Source: Candidatus Methylomirabilales bacterium (GTDB taxonomy: Bacteria > Methylomirabilota > Methylomirabilia > Methylomirabilales > CSP1-5). Taken from it: 15,379 nt of DNA. Shown here one piece after another: positions 7,790 through 15,288 of the stretch (positions are counted from its first letter, which is position 1; each line of letters begins with the position of its first letter). The stretch is from NCBI GenBank assembly GCA_046758505.1, contig JBHIAH010000059.1:1-15379 (forward strand), read 5' to 3'. Below the pieces are notes generated by a model. That model did not search any database. It was given only the letters and a program-made list of their open reading frames with translations, and was not told where the DNA came from. Position numbers and translations under genes: made by a program.

Positions 7790-9586
7790 GTGGGGAAACA
7801 GCAAAGGGCAGGCCGGAGTCGTCGGGAATCCCCCGTGGGGGTACAGCGGCTCCTCACCGTCTACCAGCGGCAGCTTGACCGTCAACGCGTGCGGATCGCC
7901 ACCCTGGAAAAGGAGCTAAAGGTTCAGGATCGTCGGGTCAAGCTCCTCCAGGCAATCCGGCGGGCTTCCACCGCCAGCTTGCAGCTCGAACCACTCTTCC
8001 ATGTCCTCCTGAAGATCATTCTCCATGCCATGACCGCCGACTACGGCATCCTCGTGCAGATCGATCCCGAGAAGGCCATGGTCCTGTTCGGGGTTCAGCG
8101 GGGCAAGGATGGATCCGCCGCTTCCCTGGAAGAAGTGTCCCTGAAGCGCGGGTATCGCCGGCAAGTCCTGACGCGAGGCGAGACCACCCTCCTCCGAACG
8201 CTCGAGGGAGTGCCGCCCGGGTGGGTGATTCCACGCTCCGGAAAGCGGCGGGTCTCGCTCCTCGTTGTTCCCCTGCGGGTCTCCGGTCGCATCGTAGGCC
8301 TGTTGGAGCTCCTCCGTCTCTCCCCTTCTTCCCCCTTTGACCCCGACGACGCCGAGCTGATCACCACCATGGGACACCAGCTCGGAATGGCGATGGAGAA
8401 TGGTCGCCTGTACTCCGAGGCGGCGAAACGCGTCGAACAGTCCTCGACCCTGATGGAGCTGAGCGCCATTTTGAACTCCACGCTCCAGATCTCGGAGGTG
8501 CTGCGGCTGGCCGTCGAGGCCGCCACACGTCTGATGGAGTGTGAGGTTGGGTCCCTCCTCCTCCTGAACGAAGAATGCGACGAGCTGGTCTTTGAGGTGG
8601 CGTTAGGGGAGTTGGGGAGCGAGGTGAAGAAGGTCCGGCTCAAGGTCGGGGAGGGCATTGCCGGATGGGTGGCCAAGACAGGCCGGGCAACCATCGTGAC
8701 CGATGTCCGGCACGATCCCCGCTTCTCGCGCCGGGTCGACTTCCGAACCCACTTCACCACCCGGAACATGATCTGCGTTCCCGTGAAAAGCCGGGAACGC
8801 ATCATCGGGGTCCTCCAGGCCCTCAACCGGCACGCCGATCGCCCCTTCAATGTCGAGGATCAACGCCTCTTTGAGTCCCTGGCTCGCCAGGTGGGAATCG
8901 CGATTGAAAATGCCCGACTCTACGAGGAGGTGAAGGAGACTTTTTTCAGCACGGCGGCGACCTTAGCCGAAGCCATCGAAAAGCGTGATCCATACACCGG
9001 AGGCCACGTCCGGCGGGTCGTGGAGATCTCCTTGGCCCTTGGGGACGAAATCGGCGTGGGACCCGAGGAGAAGGAGATACTTCATCTGGCCGCCATCTTG
9101 CACGACGTGGGCAAGATCGGTATTCGGGATGGGGTCCTCCTCAAGCATGGCCCCCTCACGCCCGAGGAGCTGGCGCATATCCGTAAGCATCCGCAGCTGG
9201 GGGCGGAGATCCTCGCACCCATCAAGCAGCTCGAAGCGGTTATCCCGGCCGTGCGGCATCACCAGGAGCGGTGCGACGGGCGGGGGTATCCGGAAGGGCT
9301 GAAAGGGGACGAGATTCCTCTGGCGTCCCGCATCATCGCTGTCGCCGACACCTTTGACGCGATGACCACCGACCGCCCCTACCGCCCGCGGATCAACGAT
9401 GAAGCGGCGGCGAAAGAGATTCAGCAATGCGCCGGTTCGCAATTCGACCCGAGCGTGGTGGAGGCGTTCATGCGGGCCTTTCGGGCAGGCCGGATTCGCT
9501 CGAAGGCCTTGCGGGCTTTGGGAGGCGGGCCGGAGGCAGAGGGGCGCGCGATGTCGGTCTCGCCGGTGTCTGGAGGGGCCCAATGA
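7790..9586 (+). CDS. GAF-GAF-HD-GYP cyclic dinucleotide phosphodiesterase
   Basis: 598 aa, GTG start with AGGGGAG RBS. Two GAF-like segments end in QLGMAMENGRLY and QVGIAIENARLY. HD-GYP motifs RDPYTGGH, LHDVGKIG, HHQERCDGRGYP and ADTFDAMTTDRPYR. Confidence 0.9.
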   Translation: MGKQQRAGRSRRESPVGVQRLLTVYQRQLDRQRVRIATLEKELKVQDRRVKLLQAIRRASTASLQLEPLFHVLLKIILHAMTADYGILVQIDPEKAMVLFGVQRGKDGSAASLEEVSLKRGYRRQVLTRGETTLLRTLEGVPPGWVIPRSGKRRVSLLVVPLRVSGRIVGLLELLRLSPSSPFDPDDAELITTMGHQLGMAMENGRLYSEAAKRVEQSSTLMELSAILNSTLQISEVLRLAVEAATRLMECEVGSLLLLNEECDELVFEVALGELGSEVKKVRLKVGEGIAGWVAKTGRATIVTDVRHDPRFSRRVDFRTHFTTRNMICVPVKSRERIIGVLQALNRHADRPFNVEDQRLFESLARQVGIAIENARLYEEVKETFFSTAATLAEAIEKRDPYTGGHVRRVVEISLALGDEIGVGPEEKEILHLAAILHDVGKIGIRDGVLLKHGPLTPEELAHIRKHPQLGAEILAPIKQLEAVIPAVRHHQERCDGRGYPEGLKGDEIPLASRIIAVADTFDAMTTDRPYRPRINDEAAAKEIQQCAGSQFDPSVVEAFMRAFRAGRIRSKALRALGGGPEAEGRAMSVSPVSGGAQ

Positions 9587-10353
9587 GGTACCGCGTTCTT
9601 GGATGCTTCGGGGGCGAGGCCCCGCGCTATCACCTTTCCAGCTTTCTCCTGAACGATACCCTGCTGATCGATGCCGGGTCCGTGACCGCAACCCTGGAGA
9701 TCCCCGCGCAGGTCCAGATCGAGGCGGTGCTGCTGACTCACTCCCATCTGGACCACGTGCGGGGGCTCGCCCATCTGGCGGATAACGCGTTTGGACGGCG
9801 CGACCGGCCCATCCTCGTGTACAGCATCGAGCCGGTGCTCGAGGCGCTGAAGGGCTCGCTCCTGAATAACGTGCTCTGGCCCGACTTCACCGAGATTCCC
9901 AACTCGCATATGCCCATCCTCGACTTCCATGCCCTCCCCGAGGGGAAGGGGACCTGCGTCTCCCAGCTGCAGGTGACGCCGATTCGCCTGTCGCACGCGG
10001 TGACGAGCGTCGGCTATCTGCTCGAGGGGGATTTCGGGTCTCTCCTCCACCTTGGAGATACCGGCCCGACGGAGGCGGTTTGGCGCGCGGCACACGAGGC
10101 GCCAAATTTGCGGGCGGTCGTGATCGGGACTACCTTCCCCAATCGGCTCCAGCATCTGGCCGACCTGAGCGGACACCTGACCCCTCGGGGCCTTGAGGCG
10201 GAGCTCGCCAAATCCCACGTCAAGACGACCGTGTATGTCTATCACCTGAAGCCGCAGTACGCCCCGGAGATCATTGAGGAGCTCAAGCACCATGTTCCGG
10301 AGTGTCACATCCTGGAGCAGGGACGGGAATACCGGTTCGCGCCCGTCCCCTGA
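9583..10353 (+). CDS. Metallo-beta-lactamase-fold hydrolase, class II 3',5'-cyclic-nucleotide phosphodiesterase-like
   Basis: 256 aa from ATG 9583 (ATGA overlap). Motifs VLGCFGG, LIDAG, THSHLDH (HxHxDH), NNVLWPDF, GDTGPT, SGHLTP and YHLKP. Confidence 0.82.
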   Translation: MRYRVLGCFGGEAPRYHLSSFLLNDTLLIDAGSVTATLEIPAQVQIEAVLLTHSHLDHVRGLAHLADNAFGRRDRPILVYSIEPVLEALKGSLLNNVLWPDFTEIPNSHMPILDFHALPEGKGTCVSQLQVTPIRLSHAVTSVGYLLEGDFGSLLHLGDTGPTEAVWRAAHEAPNLRAVVIGTTFPNRLQHLADLSGHLTPRGLEAELAKSHVKTTVYVYHLKPQYAPEIIEELKHHVPECHILEQGREYRFAPVP

Positions 10354-10375
10354 GGATCTTCCGAAGGTTCAGGAC

Positions 10376-10837
10376 ATGAGGGGGGTCACCCTCGTGGAGA
10401 TCCTCATGGTGGTCATCGTCTTGGCGACTGTGGCGGGGTTGGCCATGCCGTGGTTTCTCGGTGTCATGCAGTCCTACCGGGTCCGCGTGGCGGCCTGGGA
10501 GCTGGCGGGTGACCTGCGCCTGGCGCGCCAGCGAGCGGTGTCGCTCCAACAGTCGCACCGCATCTGCTTTACGGCCTGCGCGAGTCCGGTGCCGGGAAAC
10601 TATTTCTTGGAGCGGCAGGATCCCGTCCTCGGATGGGTGCTGGACGTGCCCAGGAACGATGTTCCTAACGGGGTGGGCTTGACGAGCAATCAGCCCCAGG
10701 TGAGTTATGGCACGAGAGGAGAGACAGGCAACGGGGCCACGATCACCGTGACGAACAATGTGACGACGTATGTGGTCGTGGCTGCCCAAACCGGGCGGGT
10801 GCGGGTATGCAAAGGGACCGTGTGTCCTTCACCATGA
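10376..10837 (+). CDS. Type IV minor pilin, FimT/FimU (GspH-like)
   Basis: 153 aa. Class III signal MRG|VTLVEILMVV (E5), an LRLARQRAV helix and C-terminal TGRVR. Confidence 0.8.
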   Translation: MRGVTLVEILMVVIVLATVAGLAMPWFLGVMQSYRVRVAAWELAGDLRLARQRAVSLQQSHRICFTACASPVPGNYFLERQDPVLGWVLDVPRNDVPNGVGLTSNQPQVSYGTRGETGNGATITVTNNVTTYVVVAAQTGRVRVCKGTVCPSP

Positions 10838-11298
10838 ATCATCCATTTCGCGGGAAGGCAGGCCTTACCATCGTCGAGGTCCTGCTGGCCGCCGTCATCA
10901 TCATGGTAGCGGTCCTGGGGATCGTGGGGCTTTTTCCCACGGCCCTGCAGAACGTCCGTTACGGGGGACACATGAGCCAGGCGTCGTCGTTAGCCCAAGA
11001 GATGATCGAGATGATCCGCACCCAACCCTTTGCCGCGGTTTTCAGTTATAACGGGCTTGACACGCGAAACCCGGCCCCGGGCGCTCTCCCGGCGTCGGTC
11101 CTCAGCCATTTCGCCCGGTGGCAGAGCGACATCGCCCCTGCGAACCCGGGCGGGGCCCTCCCCCAGGGGTGGGGCACGATCCAGGTGGTCGAAAACGCCC
11201 TCGGACTTGCCGACCTCAAACAGGTGACGATCACCGTGGGGTGGCAAGAGCGCGGGCCCCAGGTCCTCACCCTTGATACGTATGTGGCCCGGAAATGA
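10834..11298 (+). CDS. Type IV minor pilin, PilV-like
   Basis: 154 aa from ATG 10834 (ATGA overlap). Signal KAG|LTIVEVLLA; motifs ASSLAQEMIEMIR and VTITVGW; lies between the FimT-like and PilW-like genes. Confidence 0.78.
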   Translation: MNHPFRGKAGLTIVEVLLAAVIIMVAVLGIVGLFPTALQNVRYGGHMSQASSLAQEMIEMIRTQPFAAVFSYNGLDTRNPAPGALPASVLSHFARWQSDIAPANPGGALPQGWGTIQVVENALGLADLKQVTITVGWQERGPQVLTLDTYVARK

Positions 11299-11984
11299 CC
11301 GATCGGCATAAAAAATCCAAGGGCGTGCGAACCGAGGCGGGTTTTACCCTTGCCGAGACCCTGATCGCCACCGTCATCAGCACGATCGTCCTTTTAGGTC
11401 TCTACCTCTTGTACGATGTGAACCAGGCCACCTTCATCCGAGGGGAAGCGCAATCCGATCTGCAGCAGAACGCCCGGATCGCCATGGACCGGATCGTGCG
11501 GGAGTTGCGCCTCGCAGGGAGGGACCCATCCGGAACGTTGACTGGTGGTCCGGCGATTCCCGGGGCGCAGGCAAAGTGCGGGAATCCTCCCCCGGCTACT
11601 CCTCAAGCCATTGAAACCGCGGAGGCTACTTGCATTCGGTTTTACGCGGACGTGGATTCCAAGGTTCCTCTGGCCACCGAGCGGGTCGAGTATAGCTATG
11701 ATGCCGCCAACCGGCGGGTGCTGCGACGGCAGTGGGATGGGGCAGGAGCGGGATCCGGCGCCCAGCCCCTGGCCGATCGAGTAACGGCCTTCTCCTTCAC
11801 CTTCTACGGTGAAAACGATGTGCCGATCGCCCCAGTAGGCGTTCCTCCTCAGGTACCGCAGGGAAGCTTAGGAGCCATCCGAGGGATCAGGATCACCATC
11901 ACGACACAAGACACTCAAATGGGAAGCGCTGCGCAGCCCTTTACCTTGCGGGCGGAAGTGCGCCCGAGGAATCTGGGCTTATAG
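11295..11984 (+). CDS. Type IV minor pilin, PilW-like
   Basis: 229 aa, ATGA overlap. Signal EAG|FTLAETLIA; motifs LQQNARIAMDRIVRELRLAG and QPLAD; C-terminal VRPRN. Confidence 0.8.
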   Translation: MTDRHKKSKGVRTEAGFTLAETLIATVISTIVLLGLYLLYDVNQATFIRGEAQSDLQQNARIAMDRIVRELRLAGRDPSGTLTGGPAIPGAQAKCGNPPPATPQAIETAEATCIRFYADVDSKVPLATERVEYSYDAANRRVLRRQWDGAGAGSGAQPLADRVTAFSFTFYGENDVPIAPVGVPPQVPQGSLGAIRGIRITITTQDTQMGSAAQPFTLRAEVRPRNLGL

Positions 11985-11988
11985 ACCC

Positions 11989-12017
11989 TTGACAATTGTG
12001 AGGAACCCCCCTAGGAT
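11989..12017 (+). promoter_or_regulatory. Putative internal sigma70 promoter upstream of the PilX-like gene
   Basis: TTGACA (11989-11994), 17 bp spacer, TAGGAT (12012-12017). Confidence 0.55.
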
Positions 12018-12077
12018 CGTCTGCACCGCCAGGCCGGGATCTCTAGCAAACGGTCGGGGAAGGGGGGTCGTGTCAAG

Positions 12078-13313
12078 ATGATGAGGTGGAGAGGGGAAGC
12101 GGGGATTGCCCTGGTCATCACGTTACTGGTGATGACCATCCTGCTGATCATGGGGAGTGCCTTTATGAGCATCTCCTCCACGGAAACCCTGATTGCCATC
12201 AACGAGCGAAGCAGGCTGCAGGCCTATCACCTGGCCGAGGCCGGGGCCGAGATGGCGATTGCGCAACTGAACGCCAATTCGAGTTATCCGGGTACTCCCG
12301 CTGGGGTTGAGCAATTCCTGGGTCTCGGAACCTACGAGGTGACGGTGACTGACCTTCCCCCCCTTCCCGGAACTCTCGATCGGAAGCAGATCACCTCGAC
12401 CGGCTACGTCCCAAACAAGACCGTCCCGATTCGGGCGATGGCCCAGGTTGAGACGGTCGTACGGCGGAACTCGCAATTCCCGTTCGGCCTGATCGGCCTT
12501 AGCCTGATCGATCTGGCCAATGTGGTGGTGGATAGCTACGATCGGGATCTGGGGGACTATGGGGTCACGCTGCCCGATGGGATTAGTGTGAACGCCGGAT
12601 CGGAGGGGCACATTCACAGTAATAACAACATCAAGTTCTGGTCGAACAACACCATCAATGGAAATGCGGAACTCGTCGCCCCCTCCATAACGGAGAATGG
12701 TTCAGGGAACGTCGTCACCGGTACGACCACCACCGGGGTCTCTCCCATCAGCGTGGAGGCAATGAGCTGCCCGGCGCCCGGTGGATACGTCACGGGCGTG
12801 GATCCCCCGGCGGCTTATAATGGCATCACCTATGACCTCACCGTGGGCCCGGGTCAGACGGTGACGCTCGATCCGGGGACTTACGCCTTCAATAAGATCA
12901 CCCTGGGGGCGGGTGCGCAGTTCGCCATGACCGGCCCAGTGGTTATCTGCATGACTGGCCAGTTCGTTGCCCACGATGGGGCGGTGATCAACACCAGCAA
13001 GATCCCCGCGAATCTCGTCATCTTTTCGTCCTATAACGGGATTGACGGGGCGGGGACGGATGCCATGTACTTTGACAACGGGTCGGGCGAGTTTTATGGG
13101 GGTATTTATGCCCTCAACGGCGAGGTAGAATTCCAGAACGCGACCGCCGCTCAGACCGTTGGATGGCAGATTTTTGGGGCGATCGTTGCGGACCGCGTCG
13201 ACATCGAGGAGAAGGCCCTGTTCCACTACGATCTGGCCCTCGCGCGGTCGTCTGGCCCCGGCGGGAATTTCGTGCCCGTGGCGGGGACCTGGCGAGAGGT
13301 GCTCGCCCCTTAA
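12078..13313 (+). CDS. PilX-like minor pilin with large beta-rich C-terminal domain
   Basis: 411 aa. Signal EAG|IALVITLLV lacks E5, as is typical of PilX/GspK. Motif AYHLAEAG, a Gly/Asn/Thr/Ile-rich repetitive beta region, and C-terminal GTWREV. Confidence 0.8.
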   Translation: MMRWRGEAGIALVITLLVMTILLIMGSAFMSISSTETLIAINERSRLQAYHLAEAGAEMAIAQLNANSSYPGTPAGVEQFLGLGTYEVTVTDLPPLPGTLDRKQITSTGYVPNKTVPIRAMAQVETVVRRNSQFPFGLIGLSLIDLANVVVDSYDRDLGDYGVTLPDGISVNAGSEGHIHSNNNIKFWSNNTINGNAELVAPSITENGSGNVVTGTTTTGVSPISVEAMSCPAPGGYVTGVDPPAAYNGITYDLTVGPGQTVTLDPGTYAFNKITLGAGAQFAMTGPVVICMTGQFVAHDGAVINTSKIPANLVIFSSYNGIDGAGTDAMYFDNGSGEFYGGIYALNGEVEFQNATAAQTVGWQIFGAIVADRVDIEEKALFHYDLALARSSGPGGNFVPVAGTWREVLAP

Positions 13314-13687
13314 TGTATTCCTTGAAGCATGCGAGACTTTCTGCTGTAACTAAAGCTCAAGCATCATAGCAAGCACCTAACACCCCCTACTCAACACCAG
13401 GCGTTCTCCCTTTCACCGGGTAAGCTTCACCCGCCTCGGCTTCCCCCCGCTGCCCTCCCCCGAGAAGACAGGTCCAGTATGAGAGTGCCTTCGGAAAGGG
13501 CTGGGCGGGTATGCATTGTGCCTTGTAATTCCGCCGCTTGAGCCTCCCCAGATTCTATTGCCTAGAGAGCGCATGAAGCCTGCGTGAACGCGGGTCGGGG
13601 AGTCTCACCACGAGGTGAGTCTGGAAACCCACTCGTCGCCGGAAACTCAGCGGAAAGACCACGCCTCGCAGCCCTGGGGTCGAGACC

Positions 13688-13715
13688 TTGACAGGTGGGC
13701 AAGGCCTCCTATGTT
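13688..13715 (+). promoter_or_regulatory. Possible sigma70 promoter upstream of the second pilin cassette
   Basis: TTGACA (13688-13693), 16 bp spacer, TATGTT (13710-13715). Confidence 0.4.
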
Positions 13716-13828
13716 TCCGGCTGGGGTCGTGGAACGGAGGGCTCGCAGGTTGGGCCAATGGCGGGAAGGAATCTGGCGTCGGGGCGGGGAGAAAGGCGAG
13801 AAAACTGCCCGGATTTGGCACGAGAGTC

Positions 13829-13845
13829 TTGGCATTCATATTGCA
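13829..13845 (+). promoter_or_regulatory. Putative sigma54 (-24/-12) promoter of the second pilin cassette
   Basis: TTGGCAttcataTTGCA gives GG (13831-13832)-N10-GC (13843-13844), 24 nt upstream of ATG 13869. RBS GAGAGG at 13857-13862. Confidence 0.75.
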
Positions 13846-13868
13846 CAAATTCCCCCGAGAGGTACGCC

Positions 13869-14432
13869 ATGAGCCGATGGATCCGACGCATGGGAAATAA
13901 GGGTGTAACGCTCATCGAACTCCTTGTGGCCATTGTTATTGCTGGCCTTCTGATTGGGCTGGGTATCCCGTCGCTTTTGCCCCTGATCCAGGGGTCAGAG
14001 CTCAATGGGGCGACACGGCAGGTCATGTACGAAATCCGGGCAGTTCAAAGCCTGGCAGTGACTCGTGGGGGCTTCTTTGGACTTCACTGGGGGGGCGATC
14101 CCTTGGTGGGTTTCCCACCGAGCCAGTATCGGATCGAGGCGGATCCGACCGGGACATGCGGTTGGCCGGCACCCACCGACAGCACGGCGACCAACGCGAA
14201 TGTCATCCGCGATTGGTTAGACCTGGTCAACGAGTATCCGGCGGTAACAATCCAGTCGGTGACGGACAATGTCGGTACGGTCCTTGGCGGGGTCATGTTT
14301 AACTCCAGGGGGGCGGCGGTGAATACCTGCGGCGTCGCCCTCACCTTCCCGTTGACGGTCACCATGGCGGATGCCGCAGGGGCGACACAGACCATCACGG
14401 TCCAGAGGGCCGGGAGGGTAACGATCCCATGA
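13869..14432 (+). CDS. Type IV minor pilin, FimT/FimU-like (second copy)
   Basis: 187 aa from ATG 13869. Signal NKG|VTLIELLVAIV; motifs EIRAVQSLAV and FNSRG; C-terminal AGRV. Confidence 0.8.
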   Translation: MSRWIRRMGNKGVTLIELLVAIVIAGLLIGLGIPSLLPLIQGSELNGATRQVMYEIRAVQSLAVTRGGFFGLHWGGDPLVGFPPSQYRIEADPTGTCGWPAPTDSTATNANVIRDWLDLVNEYPAVTIQSVTDNVGTVLGGVMFNSRGAAVNTCGVALTFPLTVTMADAAGATQTITVQRAGRVTIP

Positions 14433-15268
14433 GGCGCAATCATCGAGCAAACACGACGCCAAGGACAGGACGCCACGAGATCCCTCGTCAGTTTCCGCTC
14501 GGTGTGGGGGGCTTTACCCTGATCGAGATCATGATCGCCCTCAGCACCTTTCTCATCGTCCTCTTTGCCGTCTACTCGAGCTTCGAGTCGAGCCGGGCGA
14601 CCTTTGCGGCGGGTGAGCAGCGGGCCGACATTCAGCAGAACGCCCGGATCGCCATGGAGCTGATGGGTTCGGATCTGCGACTTGTGGGATACGGTTATCC
14701 GGCCGGGCTTGGCGCCATCACCAACGCGACCGCTACGTCTATCACCTTCTGGGGCGACGTCATGAATGCATCGACAACCCTCGCGGCCGATATTGCCGCG
14801 GGAACCACAACCCTTCCGGTGGATAACGCCCTGGGCATAGCGGATGGGGACACCATCTATCTGATCAATGGAGGCCAATGGGAGCAGGCGACGCTTGTTA
14901 CACCCAATGGAGTGAATACGGCCGTCGTGCCCAATACGATTACCATCACGGCCGGGACGGCCAACGCCTATCCCTGGGGATCGCAGGTCGGCCTCCCGAG
15001 GCAGGTCACGTATTCTTGGGCTGCAGGTCCAGCTCCGAATCCAGGCACGATCTTCAAAGACGATGGCACGGGACCAGGCTTGCAGCCCCTGGCGGACAAT
15101 ATTCAGGCTTTTCAAATCTTATACTTTGATGCAAACGGGAATCCGACGGCGGTATTAGCCAATATTCGGCAGATGACGATCAGCTTTACGGCACAATCGC
15201 CGCCGGGCTGGTGGAGACAGCAGAACTTCACCATCACCTCGGACATTCGAGTGCGGAATCTTTCATGA
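14429..15268 (+). CDS. Type IV minor pilin, PilW-like (second copy)
   Basis: 279 aa, ATGA overlap. Signal GG|FTLIEIMIAL; motifs IQQNARIAMELMGSDLRLVG and QPLAD; C-terminal IRVRN. Confidence 0.8.
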   Translation: MRRNHRANTTPRTGRHEIPRQFPLGVGGFTLIEIMIALSTFLIVLFAVYSSFESSRATFAAGEQRADIQQNARIAMELMGSDLRLVGYGYPAGLGAITNATATSITFWGDVMNASTTLAADIAAGTTTLPVDNALGIADGDTIYLINGGQWEQATLVTPNGVNTAVVPNTITITAGTANAYPWGSQVGLPRQVTYSWAAGPAPNPGTIFKDDGTGPGLQPLADNIQAFQILYFDANGNPTAVLANIRQMTISFTAQSPPGWWRQQNFTITSDIRVRNLS

Positions 15269-15288
15269 ACATAAGTAGGAGACGATGA

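Noticed and set aside
12048..12076. Antisense sigma70 promoter from the minus-strand TTGACA at 12071-12076
   Set aside because: There is no acceptable -10 hexamer at 16-18 bp spacing.
13620..13670. c-di-GMP-I (GEMM) riboswitch suggested by GGAAAC/GGAAAG motifs near pilin and HD-GYP genes
   Set aside because: I could not build the GNRA-capped P2 stem followed by GCAAAGC and the P1/P3 architecture; an Infernal scan is needed to exclude it fully.
13555..13900. Small ORFs in the spacer between the pilin cassettes
   Set aside because: They are low-complexity Pro/Arg/Gly-rich translations with no motifs or RBS, and they overlap the promoter elements.
11463..14658. Diversity-generating retroelement TR/VR pair between the pilW copies
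   Set aside because: The identity is short and lies in a conserved coding helix, without an adenine-specific mismatch pattern, and no reverse transcriptase is in the window.
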